Below, one piece after another: positions 40,501-53,650 of a stretch of 64,000 nt of DNA (position 1 is its first letter; the number at the start of each line of letters is the position of its first letter). Under the pieces are notes generated by a model. It did no database searches. It was not told the DNA's origin and was given only the letters and a program-made list of their open reading frames with translations. The translations under genes were made by a program, and so were the position numbers. The DNA comes from Chrysomallon squamiferum (Eukaryota > Animalia > Mollusca), in the NCBI GenBank assembly GCA_012295275.1, contig CM022668.1, positions 9,238,001 through 9,302,000 of the forward strand, read 5' to 3'.

Positions 40501-42322
40501 ATATTTGAGAATTATTTTCTTTTCTTATTCTGTTTATGTCCATCATACACTGAAATGATTCATACTTTGTGTATTAACAAACTTTATCACGGAAATTATC
40601 ACACAAACTAAAATACTAATATTTGTGAACTTATTTTATTTTCTTATTCTCTTTATTTCCATTTATCTCTCATTGTATATCTGACTTGAAATGATTCATC
40701 ATTTGATATTAATAAACTTTATGACAAAGGCAAAAATAAAACCCTGCAACATTAGTAATATTTGAAAACATTTTCATTTTTTTTTCTTTTTCTCTTTCTG
40801 TCTCTGTTGAAATCATTTTTGTCTCTCTTTTTCATTAGCATCTCTTCGAGAAAAAAAATATAATAAATAGGTATTAGCTTTAAATATGAGTTTTAAATTA
40901 ATTTCAGCTTTTGGATTTGTAGTTAGAATATGCATGAGAGAGAGAGCATGTGTATCTTGTATGTGTGTTTTTGAATAAAGTATTCATTTTTCACTTGTCA
41001 CATATTCCTAATGCCATAAATGCATAAAAGCTCATTTTTATATTATAGGAATTATATAATAAGTAAATAAATAAAATAACATATGGTAATGTCTAACCCT
41101 TGCTGAATACAAAACGGTGTAAGTTCATTAATCAAGTGGTAAATGAATTAAGTAGTCCTACTAGACAAGGCTTTATAAAGTAAAGTCAGTCATATTATAG
41201 AAAGACAAAAAATTAAAAATAAATACTATATGTTAATAAATATAATATAAATAATTTTGTAATTTCACATAACAGAGATCAGTATATTTCAGTACAAGTG
41301 TGTGTGTGTGTGTCTATATCTGTATCTAAAAAAATATATTGAATTAAAACATTTAAAGTATAGAATCAACTTGGAAGTAAACTGTACTGGATGTTCACTA
41401 AAAGTGTTTTGATATATCAGCTCCAGTGAGGTGAATGTATATTTTCTTGTACAAATAATCACAAAATGTATTTGACAGGTGTTGATTTTAAACTGTAGTA
41501 AGTATATAAAAATAAACAGCAAAAATTAATGTTGGATAATAGTTATTATAGGAGAAAAACAACAAACTTGTACAACATACAATAAATGGTAAGGCACTGG
41601 CTGGAAATGACAGAAGTCTAGAGATTGTTCCAGTGAATCTGGTTTTAAAAAATGGTATGGGAAAAAAAGAACAAAAACAACAACAAAAAAGGAATAATAA
41701 ATAAATAAAAGAATAATAATTAAAAATTAGTAAATAATATAATAATAATAATAGCAACAACAACAATAACAATTAACAAAAATAAATAAATAAATGTTTA
41801 AACAGGTTTAAAAGCAATGTTATTTACAGATTTATGGCTTTATCAACAAGAAGTATGCTACTTTTCATTCTGTGTCTCTTAGCATACTGTGACAGAATTT
41901 CTTTCCCAGTATGTCTAAATAAATGTTTGACAGTTAGAAAGTAAGTACTGTGTCAGTTTATTTAATTAGTAACTTGGGTTTGTAAGTGTGTTTCTACATG
42001 TGAATTAACACTTGAATTATTTGTGTACATGTGTGAATTAATAGATTTAGTTATTCATGTTTCTGTGTTTGTGAATTAATAGATGCAGTTAGTAACTAGT
42101 ATTTGTGTTTGTGTGTGATGTGTTAATATATTTAATTTGTTATTTGTTTTATGTGAAAGGAATAATATATCCATGGTTTACCCTTACAGTGAATTAAGTT
42201 TATCAGTTTCGTTGCTTACTGATTTGTTTTTAAAATTTATTATTGGATTATTTATTGGTATCTCCATGAATCCATGTATCTATTTACCTGTCTGTCTGTC
42301 TGTCTGTCTGTCTGTGTGTCTG

Positions 42323-42355
<33 letters not shown>

Positions 42356-43589
42356 ATGTATGTATCTACCTCTCTGTCTGTCTTTACTAAGTATTTATTC
42401 ATAGAATTCTGTAGCAAAACATTTTTTAATTGTAAAATAGGAAAACGTTTGATGGCTGTATTTCCAAATGTGGGAAAGTAAGTGAAAGTCATTAGTCTCT
42501 CTATTTTGGTGTTCTGCTGGTCTGTCTGTCTTATTTTTCTCTATCTGTTTGTGCTTGTCTGGCTCTCAATTTATCTATATACATCTGCCTGTTGATATTT
42601 ATATATCTCTCTACTGGTATATTAATATTTATTTTATATTTTGTCTGTTATGAAACTTTGTCTAATGCTTGTATTATTATTTCTGTTCATACGTTATTTG
42701 CTGTTTTCAGTTTAAGCGAGATACAGATTTCCATGAGAAAACTGGACCAGACAAAAATTAAATGTAACTGAGTAAAGATGAATAATTCTGTAAACTGCAG
42801 TGCTTCTTTACAGAACTTCTAAACATATAAATCTGTATGTTACAGATGCAGTATTTGTGAAAGGTGTTGATTTGGTTTCATGGAATCATTGAAATCACAT
42901 CCCAATCAATAAATCTAGGTTTATTAATATAAATGCATTAAAATAAAATATTTTTTTTTTTACCAGAGTAACAAAGTTTGTTATATTTATTAGAGTTCAT
43001 TCCATATATTACATCTAAAATCGTTATCATTTATAATACAGAACCCTTTTCATATTTGTTTATAAATCCTTATTATATATAATTTAAAATTGTTATTACA
43101 AATAATTTGTCCCTTATACAATACAGAACCTTATTCACATCTATAAATCCTTATTAAAACCATTATCACATATGTATTTAAAGTCTTTATCGTATGCAAT
43201 CTAAAACAGTTGTTACACCTTTCAGTCTACCCAGGTCTGTCTAGCGTTCAATAAATTTAGTATAATTAAGTTGAATTTTCTGTTATATTTAAAACAAAAC
43301 ACTGACAGAAAACATTTACACTGTAACTAGTTGTTTATTTGAAGTTATTTCTTTACTTGTATTTACGTCACAGTGTAAGTTTTACTTCAAGCATTATGAA
43401 ATATTCTTCTCATTCTACTCGCAGGGTAATAGAAAATAAATAATTAAATAACATTAATAACAACTATAATAATAACTAATAACAACAAGGACAACAACAA
43501 CAGCAGTAATAATAATAACATAACAATAATAATAAAACTAATAACGTAAAATTTCAGTAGATGACAACTTACTGAATATGAAAAATAAA

Positions 43590-43951
43590 TGCTGTGTTGT
43601 CAAACTAAAGGCGGCCTGTCCAATTACTCGACTGATAATATGAAGTCATAATCGTAAACATTGTACTGGAATTTCTTCCTTGTTTCCGGTATGTTATTGA
43701 ACTGTTATCTCGACTTTTTGATAAATAACATCTGTGACTGAAATACTACTACAACAACAACAGCAGCTGCAGCAACATGATTATGACATTTGCCAAATAA
43801 GAAACTCTTAAGTAAATTTTGCATTAGTGGGAGGTAATCACAATACAAAAGTTAATTGAAAAATAAAATTAGTATCAGCCTGTGATTCCCGAAACTGATA
43901 ATAGTTTATGAATTTCTTTATAAAGATACTTCACTAGTATCGAATAATGGC

Positions 43952-43984
<33 letters not shown>

Positions 43985-44115
43985 AACAGGAAGAAAAAAG
44001 AAAAAAAAAAAAAGAAAATATAGAAAATTGAAACCTACAAGAAGACTTTGCCAGAGATAGGTTCTTGCGTCAAACAAGAACGCTACGTCACAGTAGCGTG
44101 GATCACGTGATTGTT
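43590..44115. promoter_or_regulatory. Orphan CpG-enriched promoter-like region
   Basis: CGTCA CRE half-sites, the palindromic E-box ATCACGTGAT (44102-44111), and AAAGGCGGCC and TTCCGG motifs at 43600-43690. Confidence 0.35.
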
Positions 44116-44544
44116 TTGTTTTGCAGATATTTTCTTACATGCAACACAAACTAAACAGAATAATGTATTGGAACATTTGTAGGCCTATACCAGTTATATA
44201 AGTTTAATTTGTTTTGGCGTTTTAAATAGAAATAACATCTGATATAAAATGACTGTCAAACTCGTGACAGCAGAATATTAATAATAATTCTAACATCAAG
44301 AATTAATATTTAATTGAAGTCCGAGTTTACTGTGTTATGATGATAATCATCATTATTTTATGTATTAATTTATTTTCATCACATAAATATAAAATATTTT
44401 GGCTGATATTCTAAATTTATTAACTGCGGGCACAACTATAATAAGGTCAGACTTCAGGGATAAAACAAATTTAGAATATTATCCATTATGATTCCAAGTC
44501 CGTATATGGAATAAAGAGTGCATGTTGCCAACAATATTTTTAAA

Positions 44545-44579
<35 letters not shown>

Positions 44580-45704
44580 TGAAATTACAGTACCAATAGT
44601 ATCATCCCTTTACAATAATAATGTATTTCCCTTACACCAAATTTAGGTTTTTCAAGTGCGTGTATATGTATATATTGTACATGGTATGAAAGGGTTAGTA
44701 ACGAAACAATATTTAGTGCATTGTTTCTATTTGCTACCAAGAAAAATTAGCAATTTCAGTCACTTATTGAAAAGAGATTCTGTTTCATATATTGATATTC
44801 TTCACTTAGCGGCCGGGTTCCTTTCCTACGATTAGGTGACTTTGCTGAAACTGTTTTATTATTTACAGTAAAAGGAAACTCCTTTTTGTCATGTTCAAAT
44901 TTCAGTAGCAACACTTCACTGACCTTTTTTCTTAATAAATATATTTATATTTTTAATGAAAATAATCGTGATTAACCCATACCATAAATGTTAATCAAGA
45001 TAGAGAGAATCCTACCATTTCTCTAATCACCTTGTGATTATACTTTCTGGATATTGTTGGATGTTATATATTTTTAATAATTTTTACATCTAGGTATTAT
45101 AGATATATTTAACATTTCGTTGCTCGTTTGATCTCTAGTTTTAGTTATTTGCATTTACATTGTTATTAAACTGGCCTTTAGCTCGTATAGATTCTACTAG
45201 TTATGCTATTTATTTACTGGCTTTATTTCTAGTTCTTAGATATGTTTATTTGTTATATAAGTCAGACGTTTTAGAATGTGTCATTGTTTGATTGATTTCT
45301 GTTCGAAGCGTCCTTACGTATGTTGGTTATGGCTTCAGAGCCACATATTTCTCTTGGTTACACCTACCTTTTCATTTATTTGTCGGTTACAATTTCAGCT
45401 TTTGCAGTGATAGATTTTCTGAAGCGAAAAAATTGTTCACACTATATGTATCATTCTTAGAAGAGATTTTCTCTATACAATGACTTTCCAAAACGGTGCA
45501 GCTACGAACTCTGTTGTTTTTCCAAAACGATGTTAACCAATTTATGAAATGTTCTTTAGTTTGTGCATTCGCATCGTTTTCTGTATGTTGTGTTTTTTAT
45601 TTTGAAAAATGAACTCATAATAAATATTTTTCTTCCTGCTTTCTCAAATATCAGTCTAACAAAAAATGTGATATTATTCGTAGATTCGTGTTTCTCTGAT
45701 AATT

Positions 45705-45778
45705 GGTGTGTGTGTGTGTGTGTGTGAGGGTTGGTACATTTGGCTGCAAAAATCCACGCTATGCTACTGTGTGTGTTC

Positions 45779-45826
<48 letters not shown>

Positions 45827-45873
45827 TAGTACATTTGGCTGCAAAAATCCATGCTATGCTACTGTGTGTGTTC

Positions 45874-45919
<46 letters not shown>

Positions 45920-45968
45920 GTTGGTACATTTGGCTGCAAAAATCCACGCTATGCTACTGTGTGTGTTC

Positions 45969-46022
<54 letters not shown>

Positions 46023-46144
46023 GTTGGTACATTTGGCTGCAAAAATCCACGCTATGCTACTGTGCGTGTTCTTGTGTGTGTGTGTGTGTGTGAGGGTTGG
46101 TACATTTGGCTGCAAAAATCCACGCTATGCTACTGTGCGTGTTC

Positions 46145-46196
<52 letters not shown>

Positions 46197-46235
46197 GTTG
46201 GTGCAAAAATCCACGCTATGCTACTGTGTGTGTTC

Positions 46236-46307
<72 letters not shown>

Positions 46308-46349
46308 TGGGTTGGTACATTTGGGTTGGTACATTTGGCAAAAAATCCA

Positions 46350-46402
<53 letters not shown>

Positions 46403-46457
46403 GTTGGTACAAAAATCCACGCTATGCTACTGTGTGTGTTCTTGTGTGTGTGTGTTC

Positions 46458-46495
<38 letters not shown>

Positions 46496-46543
46496 TAGTA
46501 CATTTTGGCTGCAAAAATCCACGCTATGCTACTGTGTGTGTTC

Positions 46544-46599
<56 letters not shown>

Positions 46600-46654
46600 G
46601 TTGGTACATTTGGCTGCAAAAATCCACGCTATGCTACTGTGTGTTTCTTGTGTG

Positions 46655-46700
<46 letters not shown>

Positions 46701-46749
46701 GTTAGTACATTTGGCTGCAAAAATCCACGCTATGCTACTGTGTGTGTTC

Positions 46750-46787
<38 letters not shown>

Positions 46788-46987
46788 TAGTACATTTGGC
46801 TGCAAAAATCCACGCTATGCTACTGTGTGTGTTCTTGTGTGTGTGTGTTGTGTGTGTGTGTGTGTGTGTGTGTGAGGGTTAGTACATTTGGCTGCAAAAA
46901 TCCATGCATGCTATGTGTGTTCTGTGTGTGTGTGTGTGTGTGTGTGTGGCTGCAAAAATCCACGCTATGTGTGTGTGTGTGTGGTTG

Positions 46988-47024
<37 letters not shown>

Positions 47025-47170
47025 CTTTGGCTGCAAAAATCCACGCTATGCTACTGTGTGTGTTCTTGTGTGTGTGTTCTTGTGTGTGTGTGTTTTGTGT
47101 GTGTGTGTGTGTGGGTTAGTACATTTGGCTGCAAAAATCCACGCTATGCTACTGTGTGTGTTCTTGTGTG

Positions 47171-47214
<44 letters not shown>

Positions 47215-47285
47215 GTTGGTACATTTGGCTGCAAAAATCCACGCTATGCTACTGTGTGTTCTTGTGTGCGTGTGTGTGTGTGTTC

Positions 47286-47333
<48 letters not shown>

Positions 47334-47389
47334 TGTGATGGTTGGTACATTTGGCTGCAAAAATCCACGCTATGCTACTGTGTGTGTTC

Positions 47390-47430
<41 letters not shown>

Positions 47431-47481
47431 GGGTTAGTACATTTGGCTGCAAAAATCCACGCTATGCTACTGTGTGTGTTC

Positions 47482-47531
<50 letters not shown>

Positions 47532-47572
47532 TTGTGGCTGCAAAAATCCACGCTATGCTACTGTGTGTGTTC

Positions 47573-47612
<40 letters not shown>

Positions 47613-47661
47613 GTTGGTACATTTGGCTGCAAAAATCCACGCTATGCTACTGTGTGTGTTC

Positions 47662-47717
<56 letters not shown>

Positions 47718-47763
47718 GTTGGTACATTTGGCTGCAAAAATCCACGCTATGCTACTGTGTGTG

Positions 47764-47809
<46 letters not shown>

Positions 47810-47826
47810 ACGTGCTGTGTGTGTTC

Positions 47827-47864
<38 letters not shown>

Positions 47865-47925
47865 GTTAGTACATTTGGCTGCAAAAATCCACGCTATGCT
47901 ACTGTGTGTGTTCTTGTGTGTGGGT
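45705..47925. repeat. Compound satellite: ~55-bp core plus variable (GT)n, about 23-24 copies
   Basis: Core GAGGGTT(G/A)GTACATTTGGCTGCAAAAATCCACGCTATGCTACTGTGTGTGTTCTT followed by GT tracts of variable length. Confidence 0.97.
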
Positions 47926-49044
47926 GAATGGATTTACGTGTGGCAATTAAAAAAAAATAATAATAATAATAATAAAATAAATAAAACATTTCATTGGTCC
48001 TAAATGTAAGTTCAGTTTTCAGCTGAAAAGGACGTATCTAATGAAGTCATTTTGATGCTGGGTTATGAAGGGTTTATCATACCTTTTTAACTTTCTTTTT
48101 ATAACCTGTGAATACAAACTTATGCTCTGTAAATGAAACAAATACGTTTCAAAGATAAAAGTAATCCTGAACAAAAAGTTACAAATTCCTGAACACATTA
48201 GATGTTGTATCATCTCTATACTGAACTGATAATGATCCCAAATTATTAGAATGATCTGCCGATCGCGATACCGTACTTTGCTCTTTGTGCTATTTCGTTT
48301 CGTTTCGTTTCATTTCGTTTCGTTTAGTTTAGTTTAGTTTCTTTCTTTCTTTCTTTATTTAATGTTTTATACAACTGTAGTATTCCACAAAACATTTGAA
48401 ACATTTGATACATAATTAAATTATTGCTGAAAATAATATTAATAGCTGTAAAAATTAAAACTACACTTCAGAAAGATTAAACAAATATTAACTAACTTCA
48501 TATAAAACATAATAAAACAACTCATACAAAACGAAAAATGATAAGGCTACAGGTGTGTATAGTATTACAAATGAATATAAATATTAACATTATCACAGTT
48601 GTAACTAAACTACGAAAATACAAACTGAAAGCTATGAAATCTACTAACTACATATAATGGTATCACAGTTAAAATTAATTTCCAGTAACAATAATCAGAA
48701 CCTATGACATAATATTTTGACTTTAACTGAGTGACGTATTATGTGTAAATATTAACTACACTATGAAATGACTAATAATTAATCCCTATGATATTTGTTA
48801 ACAGTAAACTGAATTACTATCACTTTTGAAATTAAATTAGAATAAGACTAAGCTATTACATATTTGTAACTTTAACTTCTGAGTGTAGTATCTTCCATGT
48901 AAATGTTAATAATGTCAGAGCTGAAATTAAGATTCAGTAAGACAAATCCAAGACTTTCAAACTCATTCAGCAGCTGACATGATATCTGCCTACTGGAGCT
49001 TCCCACCCCAGCTATCTTTTTTTTTTTTAAAGAATACCCCCATA

Positions 49045-49525
49045 TATATACTGATCAAAATAAGCTTAATATGTTTATTTTGACTCAAAAAATCGCTACA
49101 AATCAATTTGTTTTGTCGGCAGTTTTATGTGTCAGAAGTGATTCAAAATCATCATGTGCAGTCTCCAGTCAAAATGGTTTGAAACCTAGAACAGCTGCCA
49201 CAGAACTGAAGATGTATTTGAGTTTTGACCATAAAAAAATTGTTAAAATGATACATTACATTTCTACATGGTTTATTAGAGATGGTTTTATTCAGTGAAC
49301 CATACTGATTAATCAAACCAGTGAAAAGTCAAAGTCATACAGAGCATTATGGATTGAAAAGTCATCAGAGCAGATTTTGAATGTCGGAAAAATGTCAAGA
49401 AAAATATCGTCAAAATTGGATAAGAAGTGGCCAAATGCAGTAGCGTCATTGGAACATCATCGATGGGAATATTGTCTGATTAAACATTATTTGGGAAAAG
49501 GACTTTCCCCTCTGAAAATCTGAGA
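49045..49525 (+). mobile_element. Possible mariner-like transposon remnant
   Basis: A frame at ~49470-49520 reads LIKHYLGKGLSPLKI, resembling the N-terminal helix of mariner transposases (from recall). TIR-like CTGATCAAAA at 49051. Heavily degraded. Confidence 0.3.
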
Positions 49526-49909
49526 ATAGTATTAAAAATCCTAAAATTCAATAAGGATTTAAATTGCACTTTGGCTTTTGAAAATTCTCACATTAAATAT
49601 AATTTAAGATTTTCTTATTTAGAAAAAAAAAACGACTGAGCTGAACACACATACATCCTGCAGTAGCTTGCACTCAAGCCATTTTTTAAACAGACATTAC
49701 AAATAGCTTCACACCAGCTTATACATTGTGTTATCTTAAGGGATTTTCAGTCATTGTGCCCAACTGTCCATCCCTAAAGGTTTATAGCTGGTGCTTTGCC
49801 ATTTAAAAAGAGTGAAGACTGATAGTACAATTTTCATAAATAAGAAAGCTTCACACAAACTTTTATACATTTGTTGGTCTAGACTTCAATTCCCATTTCA
49901 GACTATGGA

Positions 49910-50757
49910 CTACTCTTCAGTGCCTTTGATTTCTTTCAGATACTGAGATTTCAAGCTACCCAAGTAACTCTTCAGCCCATCAAGGTCAAGACGAGAATTT
50001 TTTGCCACCTGGATCAGAGCTGTTCCAAGTTTAAAAACAGCTCTCTGTCGCTGAGACTGAGGATCTGTTGTAGTGTTTTTCTTAAAAGAAATATTTATCA
50101 GTTTTAAAAAAATCAACACTATGGTACAGATATGATTGATTATTAATAGCTAAAAAAATACTGAAAAAGATATGAGATAATTATTCAGATTTCAAATAAT
50201 GAAAACCTTTTCTGGTAAAGTGTTGAAATAATTCATAGTTTTATAACATTTAAGAGTGTATGCCATAAATAACAGAAGATAAATGAAAATCAATCAACCA
50301 GCTTCACTTTTCTTATGAAGTTGGTTCAGGCTCAGAACTTAAGCCTGTGGATATATTGTTTGTGTTTACTCATTTTAAAAATAAAAATCTGAAACACAGC
50401 AATATCCTCTTCTGAACCTGCCAATTACTTTAAAATGTAAAAGTTTCACTTTTAATGTGGATGACAACTTACTTTGTTTTGTTCCTCTATAAATGCAGAT
50501 ATTTTCTTGGCCTCCTGAATTACAGAACGTGGCATTGTAGACACTTCAGCAAGTTGAAGCCCTGTTTTAGAGGTTATATGCTACATGGTTTATTATTATA
50601 TTCATCATTACTAAAGAACAATGATACTTGAAATATTTTTGTTTAGTTTAAGAGCTATGAATGTGTATGAGATTTTTTTGAAAAATGGTACTGACATATA
50701 CATATTTCTGGATATGCATGTCTCAAAAAGATAAATGCCAAATATTAAGAAACATAC

Positions 50758-50840
<83 letters not shown>

Positions 50841-50877
50841 TTTGAAATTTTATAGAAGTAGGAGTTATTTCTGAAAA

Positions 50878-50919
<42 letters not shown>

Positions 50920-53603
50920 GTCAACTTGTGACTAAACTGAAAACTTAATTGCTTTTATTCATTTGTGTTTTTTAACTTGCCATAATGTTTTTCTTCAGTC
51001 TTGCCTTTAGACAAAATGTGTGTGTAGTGAATTTTCTCACAGTTTCCTTCAACGCTAAATGATCTTTGCACTTCAAGGAAGTAACTGTCAGAAAAAAATA
51101 TCTACTCTGATTATAATACATATAATCAGATATATTATTATAAGAAATTCTAAAATTAATCAATGAATAAATATATACTGTACATGCTGTTTACTGATAT
51201 ATATTTTTGACCTCTTCATTACTCTGATTGCAGCTAATTGTCTTGGATAATTTTCTTGAAGTTTTAGCTGATTTAAAATCACATGTAATAATATTAAATT
51301 TGAATAATTTGCATAATTATTATTTTCAAACCACATAGGAAACAAGAATACTCACTTTTCTACATTAGGATATAAACTATCCATATTAGTAAGTTGCATA
51401 AAATGTGTCACAAAAAAGGTAAAAGCCTGTAAAGAAATTATTTATTTAGTTTATGTAATCTTATGTTATTTCATTTAATATAAGTTGAGGATCCCTTATC
51501 TCAAATGCTTTGGATCAGATTTTTTTTTAGGAAATTTGATATAAAGGGAGATTCTAAGAATATGATCTAATTCATTTATGTTTTATATGTAGCTAATAAA
51601 AATTGAATGCAGGTATATTTGGATAATATTTTTGATAATTTGGTGCATGAAATAGAATCTGTCAATGCCAAACCATTCAAAAATTTTAAGATATCACTAT
51701 CCTGGCTGTTTGAAAAAAATTGTTTTGGTTTTAAGAATTTCAACATCTACAACTATGTCCCACTGGAAAACAACAAAAAAACTACTTGATCTTGAAGATA
51801 TTTACAAGTTCAAGAATATATGTTCTAAGTTTCTTAACTGGTTAAAATGACTGACAACCAGTCACTCCAGAGCAGCAGCATCTGGTCAAACATGTAAGTA
51901 GATTGACACCATTTTTTCCCCCATGTTTATAACCAGAAACTGCCCCCAAGCAGTCACCCAGTTGCCATTGTAAATGTTGTATGATAGCATACTTTTTTTT
52001 ATCTTATAATAAATATATAAAAAAAAAAAAGTATGACACTGACTAAACTTAATTATGTTTTTGATTTTGGACAACGTCATACATGAAACATACCTTTGTT
52101 TGAAGTAAGTGTTCACAAACAGCATGACAGATTCCAACACCTTCTTCTGCACTTGTGCCTACAACATGCATTTAATGAGATATTTCAAAAAGGATGATGC
52201 ATGTTTATGTATCTGTGATATTTAAGCTTGTGATGTTATGAGAAGTGGGCATTAACTGATAAACAACCTGACAGATAATATATATTACTTCTTTCTTCTA
52301 ACTACATCTGCTAATGTACAGTTCCATCACTTAGACATTAATCTGCAATAATTTTGCTATTAAAACAGTAGATCAATACACTGGCTTGTTCTAAATTCAC
52401 TTCACTATTCTGATTTCAAATTATTTACCTCTGCCAAGTTCATCAATAATGATCAAAGATGTTGGAGTAACATTTTGTATAATGTAGTTTATTTCCTTCA
52501 TCTAAAAAAAGTTTAAAAAAGGGAGGAAAAAAAAAAAAAAATAAATTAATACTTCTTTTAAAATGGTTCAGTAAATTAGCAAACGAGAAGAAATTAAACT
52601 TTCTTTCTAATTACCAGGCAGAGATATTTTGTAGAAACTTTAACATAAGCAGTTAATTACACTCTGTGTGATTTGACTATTAAGACTGGAAAATATAAGA
52701 CAGTGAACTATGAGAACTGATCCTGAACCAATCTTTTACAATGTTACTAAACAAACCAAATAATTCCATCATGTAAGAATTCTTAAAATTATTGTAATAA
52801 ACAGAATTTTATTTGTTTTATGTTGAAGTGGCTTTTTAGGATTCATTCTTGTTTATTAAGGTGTAAAAGTAAAATGTTATTTAACAACCTCTAACATAAA
52901 TGTTGATGAATTGGTCTCCATGTCATCACCACTGCCAATTCGGGAGAAAATCTGGTCTGTAATTCTGAATGAAGCATACTCCACTGGAACAAAGGAACCA
53001 ATTTGGGCCATCACTTGTAGCAGTGCTACCTGACGTAGGTATGTTGATTTGCCACTCTAAAGTCAATCCATATTGATTCATGTAGATAATTTAGTGTTTT
53101 TTTTAAATTATTAATTATATTTCTTATCTATATTTGAATAATTAGATGTATCAGTATGCTATGTAAATCACATGTTAACCTGTGCAATTTATTAGGTACT
53201 TAATACAATTAATCTCCATGTGAAAAATACATTAACCCTACATTATTACTGATGAATAAATGATTAAGTCTGTCATTGTTATGTTAAAGATGCCATGTTC
53301 TGTAATTAGTAATTTTATCAATTCATCTAAGCCATTTTCAGATTTTTCAGTTGTTTCAATTGCAGTGACTTACCATGTTAGGTCCTGTAATTATAATAAA
53401 ATTGCTGTCTTCAGATGCATACTGGAAATAACAGTAAGGGAGTAGTCTGAACAATTAAATTATCAAGAAGGAAACAAGGAATATTACTGCTTCATAAATC
53501 GATGAATGAGATGACAAATGTTTAAGATGTCAAACTAAAACATAAAATGTTTCTTTCCAAAAAGAAGAAATAACTTTTTTGAATTGTAAGTTGTTTTGTT
53601 TTG

Positions 53604-53650
<47 letters not shown>

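Noticed and set aside
45703-47927. Long Cys/Val and His/Thr ORFs (up to 366 aa) and a CRISPR-like repeat-spacer appearance
   Set aside because: The ORFs are translations of (GT)n. The spacers are only GT tracts, there are no cas genes, and the DNA is eukaryotic.
45396-48213. Possible small minus-strand gene from the open frame at ~45390-45595 and ORF 48019-48213
   Set aside because: Candidate exons could not be joined in a consistent phase without stops, and no motif was recognised.
51940-51965. 5S rRNA-like motif CCCCAAGCAGTCACCCA
   Set aside because: Too short and degenerate. No full rRNA or tRNA gene could be supported anywhere in the window.
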